Source of the DNA: Orbicella franksi
Taxonomy: Eukaryota
Direction: 5' to 3'
Assembly: GCA_964199315.1 (NCBI GenBank)
Contig: OZ116703.1
Span: forward strand, 744,001-808,000
Length of the DNA: 64,000 bases
Shown here: positions 53,787 to 64,000 of the stretch, piece by piece
How positions within the stretch are numbered: position 1 is the first letter of the stretch
Layout of the letters: the number at the start of each line of letters is the position of its first letter
Notes under the pieces: model-generated
Databases searched by the model: none
Told to the model about the DNA's origin: nothing
The model's input: the letters and a program-made list of their open reading frames with translations, nothing else
Made by a program: the position numbers and the translations under genes

Positions 53787-56700
53787 TTACTCTGTCTTCA
53801 TCTCCTGCTCTTCAGCTGATCTCTTTTTGTGATGAATTAAGATGTGCTGCCGTGTGAGCACGGGGCTACTGGAACCTACAACAAAGTTACAGCGACAAAA
53901 TCAAGTTGACACGTCAGTAAAAGAAACAACAACTTCTGAAATAACAAGCAGACAAACAACAACAACTTTCATTAAAATGCAGGACTGTCCACAAATGTTG
54001 GAGAGCTCGTGTGATAGGTTTTAACTAATGGTAGCCAAACGAACTCCGAGAATTAATCAGACAAGACAACTCCAAGGCCATAACATTTGGGATTCCAGAC
54101 TGGGTTTTCTGTTCTGCTTAAAAATTGCTGCCACTCGCTCGTACGTTTTGGTGCCTAGATGTCGTCAATGATAGTTAATTATGTTGACGGTGAGCTGTCT
54201 CGACAAGTACCACACTCTAAGATAAGAAGTTGTTTTAAGTAATTCTGGGTTACCAGACATTTCCAATTGGAAAGTTCAATTCCGTTAGGCTTGTTTTTTC
54301 CATTAGGATATTTTTCGAGTTTACTGCACTTTACAGAACTGTGTTCTTACCGTAGGGATCTCCACCAACGGAATCAAAATAAACATTTCTGTGTCTTGCA
54401 GCATAATTTAACCTGGCTAGAAAATAGAGTAACCAATTAATATTTTAAATTATTAGTAAATATAATGCAAGTAGTCATAGCGAATCCCACCAATCCGAAG
54501 GCTGGAAATTCATTGTATACATTATCTTACCCAACTTGTGCCACAGTCATGCAGTAAGGTAATTGTCAATGTTAGATTAGTGTAAGTTTCCTGCTCTGAT
54601 CAATGTGTTGCTGAGTTCATCCTGCATGTGGTTAATCATTTACTTACCAATGCTATCTCGTTTCGCGGCTGGTTGGACGGTTAGTGGACTGGATTGCACG
54701 GCTGGGTAATATTGACTGATGGCACCAGCTTAAAAGGAATGAATTTTTTGAAACATTAGCAAAATGGTTTTCCAAGCCAATGCCATATCCATTGTTTTCT
54801 ACATGGCAATATAATGTCATTGATCTAACGTATACCAGCAGGATCATCGTCTGTGGTTACTTGCTTAAACATTTTATGTCATTTGTCATTTTTTAGCTCT
54901 GAATAGGGAACAACTCCGAAACTTACCGATTGCCGCGTTTGTTGTACCTTCACCTATCCTCACCAAATCAAATGACACACAGGGCCTAGATGTCATGACT
55001 AGTAGCTACTTAAAAATCACTGTATAGAATTATGTCACGCTATTGTTAGAAAGGGAGTGCAAGTTTTGTCATATCCGAATACCAAAAAGCTATTTTTTAA
55101 AATTACTAGAGTAAGCGTTTGACCAACAGTGTAGTCCACGTGCAAATGTGAAAAAAGATGTGAGAAAAGGCATAAAAAAGTCATCTACATGAAGGTATCG
55201 CTCAGTTGCTTGTATCTGAATGGTCGAGCACAACGATTCCACAACTTTCACTATTCAGTTCAGACCTGAAACCGATCAGGCTTTTCTTGTTGATCAACAG
55301 AATTATACATTTTGTTTGTTTACTCACGTGCAGACACTAATTCAGCTTGTGGAACTGATCTTCGCTTCTTGTGAGGGACAGCAATATGTGATCGGGTAAG
55401 CACGGGACTGCTGTGACCTATTTTAATAAAGTAAACGAAAAATGCCAGTTTGAGAAGCGTTGGATAAAACTGTTAAGATAGTGTATTACGTACTATACCC
55501 TTTCCCGGGGGAAGACTTCCTTATGAAAAGGTCGGGGATGCACGTCGTCTCGCTTAGGGGTATAGATCAAGGATTCTGGTCTCACTGAGGGTATTCATGA
55601 CGAAAAACCACTATTTTAGCTGTCAAAGTATTTTTAGCGTGCACTCAACGATAAATGATAAAAACACACTCTTATTTCCGTTTCTAGGCTCGATTTCCGC
55701 CAGTCTCTCGAGTCCACTCTATTAACGCGGGCTCCTGTCCTGAACAGCGGCCTGTAATCGAGGCTTTCCCTTTTAACTGGTGTCTTTTAGGGATCAAATA
55801 AAGCTCGAGCCACACCTATGGTACAATGTGGCACAATGTGGCGCAATGAGGCACAGTGTGGCGCAATGTGGTAAAATGTGGCACAATGTGGCGCAATGTG
55901 GTACAATGTGGCGCAATGTGACACAGTGTTGCGCAGTGTGCCAAAATGTGGTACAATGTGGAACAGGGTGGCACAATGTGGCGCAATGTCGCACAATGTG
56001 GCATAATGTGGCACAATGTGGCACAATGCGGCACAATGTAGCGCAATGAGGCACAGTGTGGCGCAATGTGGTACAATGTGGCACAATGTGGCGCAATGTG
56101 GCACAATGTGGTACAATGTGGCACAATGTGGCACAGTGTGGCGCAATGTGGCACAATGTGGTACAATGTGGCACAATGTGGCACAATGTTGCGCAATGTG
56201 GCACAATGTGGCACAATGTGGCACAATGTGGTACGATGTGGCACAATGTGGCACAATGTGGTACGATGTGGCACAATGTGGTACAATGTGACGCAATGTG
56301 GTACAATGTGGCGCAATGTGGCACAGTGGGGCGCAATGTGGCACAATTTGGTACAATGTGATGCAGGGTGGCACAATGTGGCGCAATGTGGCACAATGTG
56401 GTAGAATGTGGCGCAATGTGGTACAATGTGGCGCAATGTGGTACAATGTGGTACAATGTGGCGCAATGTGGCACAGTGGGGCGCAATGTGGCACAATGTG
56501 GCGCAATGTGGCACAATTTGGTACAATGTGATGCAGGGTGGCACAATGTGGCGCAATGTGGCACAATGTGGCATAATGTGGTACAATGTGGCACAATGTG
56601 ACGCAATGTGGCGCAATGTGGCGCAGTGTGGCACAATGTGGCACAATGTGGCGCAATGAGGCACAGTGTGGCGCAATGTGGTACAATGTGGCGCAATGAG

Positions 56701-59579
56701 GCACAGTGTGGCGCAATTTGGCACAATGTGGTGCAATTTGGCACAATGTGGTACAATGTGGCGTAATGTGGCACAATGTGGCGCAATGTGGCACAATATG
56801 GTACAATGTGGCACAATTTTGCACAATGTTGCTTAATGAGGCACAGTGTGGCGCAATGAGGCACAGTGGGGCGCAATGTGGTACAATGTGGCGCAATGTG
56901 GCGCAATTTTGTGCATTATGTCACAATTTGACGAAATGTGGTGCAATGTGGGGTTTAATTCAAATTTTCCGACGGACATCCCCGACCTTTTCATATGAGA
57001 GTTTCCCCGGGACTCTTTCCTACCATACGGATCTCCTCCGACCATGTCATAATAAACATTACGGTGTCTGGCGGCATGATTCAACTGCTCTGTGAAGACA
57101 AAAGTAACACAAACAGCATCAGAAAGAATGACTTACATAAAATCTACTTGTAACCTTCGGAAAATTATTTCTAGTAATATGTACACTGTTAAAAAAAAAT
57201 ATTTATAAGTAAAATAACTGAAAAAAAAAACTATTTGAGGGCTTCCTTATCTGGAACGAGAACTTGACGAATTGTAAAATTTGGTTTTAAATATTTTTTA
57301 GTTGTTTTTTTTTCCATACGAATCGTAAGGCTGATTTTAAAAATGAAGAAAAGGATGGCTCGTATATAGCAATCAGTTCTCTGAATTATGCTCTCTATCT
57401 ATAATGGTGTAATAACATTGATCACAAAAAAAAGAAACAATAGCCACAAGTAGGCATACCAATGGTATATCTTTTATCGTCATCTGGATGTCTTCCTGCA
57501 ATAACCTGCTCTTCAAAGAAAGCTGACGGGAGCTGACTTCCAGCGACATTTTGAGCTGAACAAAGAAAACAAATTAGTAAGGCTTATCTGCAAATTATGT
57601 GCTTTTGTTATAGCAGTTTTGAGAATGGATTTTGCCAACTGCATATACGTTTTCGAAGTGTTAAATCAATAAGCTAACAAGAAAGTACAAAGAAAATTTT
57701 TGTGCGTTATTTTCGCTCAATTCATGGAAGCTCAATACACTACCTATCTACCTAACACCCTATTTCCCTCAAAACCTAACTACCTACTATACTCACGTGA
57801 TTCGGCCGGCATAAGAGATCTCCTCTTCTTGTGAGGGACAGCAATATGTGAACGCGAAAGCACGGGACTGCTGTGACCTATTTCACGGGGTGTAAAAACA
57901 AGCTATTTTAGCACAGTAATATACACACCATATCGGCTTGACCTGTGAATATATGTTGGCATGACGTATTTTCCTGTTAAGCAACCTGTCCAATTTCACT
58001 TCCCCATTCTTCCTCCATCCCACTCCTTCCCCACCCGTATTGTTCACTTTTGTTATCTTCTGTTTTATCTTTTGACTAGCCATCTATTTTGACCTATTCT
58101 ATGATTGGCTATCTAAGCAAAGCATAATGCAGCCAGTCAAGAATTTGAAATTTATATTTTTCTCACCATAAGGGTCGCCTCCAACGGTGTCGAAATAAAC
58201 GTTACGGTGTCTGGCAGCATGGTTAAGCTGTTCTGTGAGAATAAAATTACAACACCGCAAAAAAATTAAAATATATAAACATTTACTTAAAAAGCAGGGT
58301 GTGGTTAGTAAATGTTTGAAGGAAGCGAACTAATAATCACAACAGTGAGACATACCAATTGTGTATCTCTTGTCATCGTCAGGATGTCGTCCTGTTGTGA
58401 TTTGCTCCTCAAAGAAAGCTGAAGGCAGCGGATTTCCAACAGTTTGGGCTGAAAAGCAAATACACAAACACAAATTGACGATCATTATTCCCTCGTAATT
58501 CAAATGTTTCCGAATGACTTGATTGGTTTATGTAGGTGATATTGGCGAGAGACCCATTTTCGTCACTACGAGCGCATATACAGAGTAGGGACTACATAGG
58601 AGGACTGCATATGTATGTGCATAGTGTTTTCTTGTGGCACATGGTAGCCATATTAATGTACCAAAACAACGCAATTCGGCTCTCCTTTGGAAAATGAAAT
58701 TAGGGTTTTTTTGGAAACTTTTGCTGTTTCTTAAGAGCAGAACCATAGCTGAGGCTTAAACCGTATGTATAAAGGACTTCTGCCATTACATCAAAAAACC
58801 GAGCTATGCATTACTTTTCTTCCCTTTCTTTTAAGCAGATACTGCGAGATTCGAACGACTCATCTAAGTGAATGCACTTTTTCAAAGTGCTTACTTACCA
58901 GTATCAACAGGATCAGGGATTTCACTCTTCTTAAATGGATTCATTCCATTTTGTCCCGCGTATGGTATTTCCCAACCTTAAGAGAGAAACATCAAACGTG
59001 ACTCTTGTAGTCTGCAAAGCCAGCCAATTACTCGAAAGACTGTTTGGCGTCGTTTTCCAATGGAACAAACAGTTTACTAATGGTAAGTCACACTTAAGCC
59101 CTTTTTGGTGGTTATGTAACATAACAATTCTACATACCAACAGGCAATAACGGTGTAAATCAGTGACGAATTCTGGCATGGGTAAGGTACAAATCGGTGT
59201 GCTTCAAACCCTTCCCCATGTTTGATTTAACTTTATGAATCGGTAAAGGAATATAGAGTTAAACTAACCTAACATTTGCCTTCTACACTAGCGTCCGAAT
59301 TTAATCTCTCGCTCTGTTTGAGGTAAAGATAACGGCTTTTGTGTGTCGCTATTACTACCAACCTCGCTCAGCGATTCAGTCGCCTGAGTGGGGTTCCCCT
59401 TGAACACAACACAATGAACTCGGCCAGGAGTCGAACCCACTCTTTTGGTTCCTCTGGCTGTACACCGGGTTCAAAATCAGTTTAGCAAACAAACTATTAA
59501 TAATTGCCTTTTTTCAAATACCTTTGCATAAGACAACGGCTCCACACAAGATACTGATTATGGGTATCAAACTTCCCAT
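53787..59579 (-). CDS. Gene 5: secreted prohormone-like precursor with three 41-aa repeated peptides (about 287 aa)
   Basis: Exons 59579-59522 (signal MGSLIPIISILCGAVVLCK), 58976-58899, 58448-58356, 58232-58167, 57877-57797, 57555-57460, 57089-57024, 55417-55328, 54728-54648, 54416-54351 and 53875-53787. All are phase 1, GT-AG and in frame (864 nt). Repeat copies differ mainly at third codon positions. A possible extra exon lies at 54998-54927. Confidence 0.85.
55505..57011. mobile_element. hAT-type MITE (8-bp TSD) expanded by an internal satellite, in gene 5 intron 7
   Basis: TIRs are CCGGGGGAAGACTTCCTTATGAAAAGGTCGGGGATG ... CATCCCCGACCTTTTCATATGAGAGTTTCCCCGGG. Flanks are ACCCTTTC (55497-55504) and ACTCTTTC (57012-57019). 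Confidence 0.75.
55818..56950. repeat. 10-bp tandem minisatellite (GGCACAATGT)n, about 113 units
   Basis: Variants include GGCGCAATGT, GGTACAATGT and GGCACAGTGT. A higher-order block of about 160 bp is repeated around 56300-56570. Confidence 0.97.
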
Positions 59580-59950
59580 TTTGGCGAACCTGTCGACAAG
59601 GATTAATTGAGCAAAATTAAGGCGACATCCGATAGAAAATCGGGCAATTTCAGGTTTTAGTGGACAAAAATCTGGTACCAGAATAATTTTAAGTATTTTA
59701 CAGTCATTTTTAGATTTTTTTTAAAGCTAAATACATAAATAATTGCCTGAAATAACACCGAAAACAATGTCCAATGGGAACGAGAGAAAATACATTTCAA
59801 AGTTCAGAGAACTTGTGCAAACACAGGCAAAATTTCATCATCAGTTTCATTTCACCAGTACTCTTAAGTGTTTCATGTGAAGTTCAACATTCGTTTTTGA
59901 CGTTTGGCGTTGCTAGAAATGATTTTTTTTTTGAGAAGATACTTGAAACA

Positions 59951-60240
59951 ATGTGGAGTATATATGAAATAATTCATATTTGAACTGCGGTTGTAGATGA
60001 AAGTGAAGAATGATCATCTACAACCGCAGTTCAAATATGAATTATTTTATATATACTCCACATCATTTCACTCCTCACGGGAAGATATGAACTCAATTAA
60101 TTGACCTCGCTCCCAATGTGTGGCTTCATAGCTCAGTTGGTAGAGCATCGCACCGGTATTCGAGGAGGTCACGGGTTCAAATCCCCTTGAAGCCTTGATT
60201 TTTTCAGGCTTCTTCTTTCCGGCCAATTGCTTAAATTGGA

Positions 60241-60271
<31 letters not shown>

Positions 60272-60273
60272 AT
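59951..60273 (+). mobile_element. tRNA-derived element, family A: single head (60122-60194) preceded by an inverted tail fragment
   Basis: Same sequence family as 42233-42760. 59951-60018 is the reverse complement of tail sequence. The B box and acceptor region are mutated. No clear TSD. Confidence 0.8.
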
Positions 60274-62298
60274 ATTGAAAAGAGTCGTACAGAAGTTTGC
60301 AATACGATGTAAATAATCTTGGTACTAGGTTTTTGTCTACTTGTTACTCGAACCTCTGGTGGATTCCATCTTAAACGTTCCTCAAATTAAATATTTGGAA
60401 CACATATATATAATAACTTTTACATAATAACCTGCAATAACTCCGCCTTCTTCACAGGAAATTATCCCTAATACATTGAATCATCCAAACTCAGTCCAGT
60501 GCAAAAAAAAAAACATTCAGTAATCAGCTAAATCGTTCCTTGTGCAATGTCCATAAAAGTTAGCTTGAATCAACTTTAATTTCTATAAGCTTGACTCGAG
60601 CAATCGTTTAGTTAATTGCCAAAAAATCCTGCTAATAAAAACATAAATTATTTAACATCCTTGGTAACCTAACACTAATTCAACTCCTAATCGGAAAGAA
60701 ATAGAACGTAAGCTAGCTTTCTCGGAGGCCCTCCTCCTCCATAAGTTATTTTCGTCACAGAAGAGTTCTCCCGCGCTTAAGACGTTCAGATGTTCACGTG
60801 TATTGATATTTTGTGCTATGTTGTTTTTACTTGTAAAACCAAAGAGACACCAGGCAAACAGGTTGTCTTTTCATCGTGTTGTCACTGGTATTGCCAAGGA
60901 AAATCACAGCCTAAACTTTGAAGACTTCGGGCTGAATACCGAAATTTTTTCGTGCAACAAATGTTTCATATATTTGCCCATTTTCTTTCCTCTGGCACTG
61001 AAAACCTGTGAAACGAAGCTACAATTTTTCTATATTTATCACCACTCGTTGAATGATATATTTTGTCCTGAAATATTTTAAACTCGAAGTTAATCTAATC
61101 GTGCTGTTAGATTTTAAGATTTTCCAGTTTTTATATTAAGAGGAAAGTCATCAGAGTTTAAGTGCACAAGTGTGTCGCTTTTACTCTGTCTAGGTAAATG
61201 ACCACACAAATTTTGCTCTGCCTAGATAAGTAACCACAGAATTAGACGAAAATATTGCCATTTATAGCTTCATTAGTATCAGTTGATTTTGGTCCTATCT
61301 AGATATATGCTGTTATCTGAGATTTAAGAAGAGACCAAACAAAGGAACGAGCTATTCTTGGCTAAAACCAAACACAGTCCAATATCCTGTGTATTTATTT
61401 CATAATAGCAATGTTTCTAAATTTCTGACAGTCTGGTCAACATGTCTTGAATCTAAATTAAGAAACAGTTTAATTCTACCTTCTCGCTAGCCCAGATGGA
61501 AAAGCTAATCTAATTTTTTCGCTAGTTACTCACCAAATGTTCTCTTCTCCAAGCTAAAATCAGAGATTTGAAATTAATTTTGCGTTGTGTTTCACCCGAG
61601 AGTTAAATTATCCACAGCGCTGCTGCTATCCGTTGATCAACCGTATCTTCGTTGGTTTTCATCATGGTGGCTTGCCACAAGCAAGTTTTGTGATTGGTCG
61701 TTGTCTTATTCTTCTGACAAACAGGTATGACTTTTACTTATCACGCCTGATGGGTCAATAATATCAATATCCTTTTTCGAAAATGACGTGTTTATGTGTT
61801 TAGAATATCATTACCACAGAAACCGTTTAAAGCGGGTTTGTGTTTATTGATCACGAGAATGACTTTCCAGAGTTGCTGGTAACAGAGAACTTTCATTGCT
61901 TGATAGTTTATCAACGGTCGAAGTCAGATTTTTAGTTATGTTTAGTTATGGCACTCTGTACGAAGTCACACTGTCCCAACTGGCCAATCCTGAGCCAGGT
62001 CCCGGGCCTCAAGGTGGAAAACAAACGGTAACATCATACGCTGTCTAGTTGCTTCAAAGTATTGATGTCAATTCACAGTCTCGGTTGGTGTGTCTACTGT
62101 GATATCCCAATGACTCAGGCGTCCGTCTTGAAACGGAAGGAAAGTGTCAACTTTTTTAAAATTTCATAAACCATTGGTTAATGGCTATGTCACCTCAGAC
62201 TATGTTTTATATTCATTTACGTGCTAGTTTCACGTTCTTTCGGCATTTATACTTTTTGCATACGTTGCACGTTTTCCGAAAATTTTCGGAAATTTTAA

Positions 62299-62560
62299 GA
62301 TGGCTCTGAACCCCATGTACAATTGTTGCGTCTTATCCTGTTAATCAAGCTTCGATAGTAAGAAACTGCGGTCACCAAGCTCGTTTTTGAGTTATTAGCA
62401 GTTGAAGCTGAAATTAGTAGGTCATACTGTTGCTATGGCAACTTCTTGTGTCTTGCGATTGAGCAGATTTTTGATACGATGCTTGTAGGATCTACAGGTA
62501 AAGATAAATGACTCGCCAAGATGAAATTATGGAAATTGCCGAAAACTGTTTTGAGCCACC
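62299..62560. mobile_element. MITE with TTAA TSD
   Basis: TTAA|GATGGCTC ... GAGCCACC|TTAA. Confidence 0.55.
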
Positions 62561-63051
62561 TTAATTTGACCGCGTGTTGCCATGGAGACAAGCACCAGAT
62601 GTAATATTTACGAGGTCACAAAATTAGACTTCAAATTAAAGCTGATACAAACATACGTCATAAAATCAATCTTTATTTGTTATAGATAACCCCAGAATGC
62701 GGTAAAACACGATCAACTTTCTTTTAGAAATAACCTTTCGACCATCAGTGCTTTTTCACTGCGTTTTAGCATCAAAGAGCACAGTTGTATTCCATTCGAA
62801 TAGTTAATTTAACGTTAGTCTTTTTGGGAAGTGACCACCGTTGGCAAGGAAATGAACTACCTTAAATATTTACATGTGAATCACGTGATCAGTTAAGTTC
62901 AATTAAGAAAACAGCGTAAAAATCATACTTTCTCGTTATGGTTTGGAGAAATTTGTGGATTTAAGTACAGCACAACATTTGACCTCTTGATGTAAAATTG
63001 TCATCGTCACCACTTAGGTTGAGAGTCCTTGGATATATAAAAGAGTCAGAA

Positions 63052-63416
63052 GGGAGTTCACGCAACCACAACGGCGACGCCGAGGACAACTTCCATTAAA
63101 AAAATAATTCCTACTGTACTTAATGATTTCATTTGTCCCTTGGTCTGTTCATGATATTCAGTGCCCCCATTAGTGTTGAACTATCCTCAGCGCAACATCT
63201 TTATGTAAAGCTTCATTTCCAAATTCTCCGTCGTGGTTCACGTCCTCCAGAAATCGCATGGAGGTGCGTTATTTCACATTCTTCAGTCTTTCGTGGAGGA
63301 CGGCTAAGAAATGTGCCACAATTTAAAACGCACGTGCACAGCCAGTGTGTTTCTCATTAAAGACTTTGTTTGTCAAAGTTCTCGTTGTCGCTGTCGTCAT
63401 GGTTGCGTTAACTCCG
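63052..63416. mobile_element. MITE (Harbinger-like GGGAG termini)
   Basis: GGGAGTTCACGCAACCACAACGGCGAC ... GTCGCTGTCGTCATGGTTGCGTTAACTCCG. Confidence 0.7.
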
Positions 63417-63658
63417 TAGTGCCTCCTGCGTTTCATTGTTATAACGTTGTTGTTGATGTTTACTAGACTTTCTTCGGTGGCTTCAATTTTGTCATAACAT
63501 CGTCTAGTGTTTCACCTGTGTAATATGCAAAGAAGACAAAATGATTTGAAAACGAGGTACACAATTTTTAACATTTCACGATTTATTCCCCAAGTGTTTT
63601 TTTTTTTTTGTATATTACAGTGTTCTTTTGCCAATATAAGCTAAAACTACTTAATCCT

Positions 63659-63842
63659 ATAGATCCTATTCATAAATGGCTGCCAGTTTAAATTCTTTTG
63701 TATGCATTTGAATTAGCCCAACTAACCTCGTTTGACAATAAAAGTTATTTTGAATTATCAACTCAAAAACCAGGTTAGTTGGGCTAATTTTAATACCTAT
63801 AATATAATTTTTGATAGGTAGCCATTTATGAATAGGGTCTAT
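63659..63842. mobile_element. MITE with about 23-bp TIRs
   Basis: ATAGATCCTATTCATAAATGGCT ... AGCCATTTATGAATAGGGTCTAT, with inner inverted AATTAGCCCAACTAACC/GGTTAGTTGGGCTAATT. Confidence 0.75.
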
Positions 63843-64000
63843 CCTCTTCCATTCTTCATTAATTACTGAAGAAAATTTCAAAATTGTTTTTTCTTCTCTT
63901 TATCATTGTAACTAAGGTATTTCTCTAATGCCCTCTCTAACAAAATTCTATCTAATTCTACCTACTATGATCACAACATTTTTCTAAGTCATAAAGAGAG

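Noticed and set aside
55780-57095. Many long Cys/His-rich ORFs (HIVPHCATL repeats) on both strands
   Set aside because: They are an artefact of a nearly stop-free 10-bp satellite read in all frames inside an intron. Only 57089-57024 is a real exon. It is not a CRISPR array because there are no unique spacers.
42311-60194. Five tRNA-Thr(GGT)-like sequences as functional tRNA genes
   Set aside because: They have an A-C mismatch closing the anticodon stem and an 8-bp acceptor stem in family B. They sit in repeated flanks with inversions and TSDs, and eukaryotes normally use AGT rather than GGT for this codon box. They were treated as tRNA-derived repeats.

Overview
AT-rich eukaryotic genomic DNA with spliceosomal introns and dense MITE-type repeats. 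The repeat landscape looks like a stony coral or other anthozoan, which is inference. No prokaryotic features are present. Five spliced genes could be assembled by hand with consistent intron phases. (i) Three ATF7IP/MCAF-like paralogues: gene 1 (+, 749-6847), gene 2 (-, 17115-8072) and gene 3 (+, 34584-40540). They share a micro-exon/coiled-coil-exon/giant low-complexity-exon skeleton, but only gene 3 keeps the ATF7IP-type C-terminal FN3 domain. (ii) A convergent pair of secreted-protein genes. Gene 4 (+, 46398-52191) is mucin-like and S/T/P/N-rich with Tyr motifs. Gene 5 (-, 59579-53787) is a prohormone-like precursor built from three exon-triplet repeats, each encoding a 41-aa peptide between KR and KKR(R) sites. 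The same ARHRNVx(F/Y)D...GD module, on an identical 66-nt exon, ends gene 4. Mobile DNA includes a Penelope-like RT/GIY-YIG remnant with a degenerate hammerhead, a second minimal hammerhead, a long-TIR Mutator-like element with a 9-bp TSD, and three inverted tRNA-derived elements (two with 13-bp TSDs). It also includes an RTE LINE 3' end, a hAT-type MITE carrying about 1.1 kb of 10-bp satellite, and several other MITEs. All exon models are manual predictions without transcript evidence.
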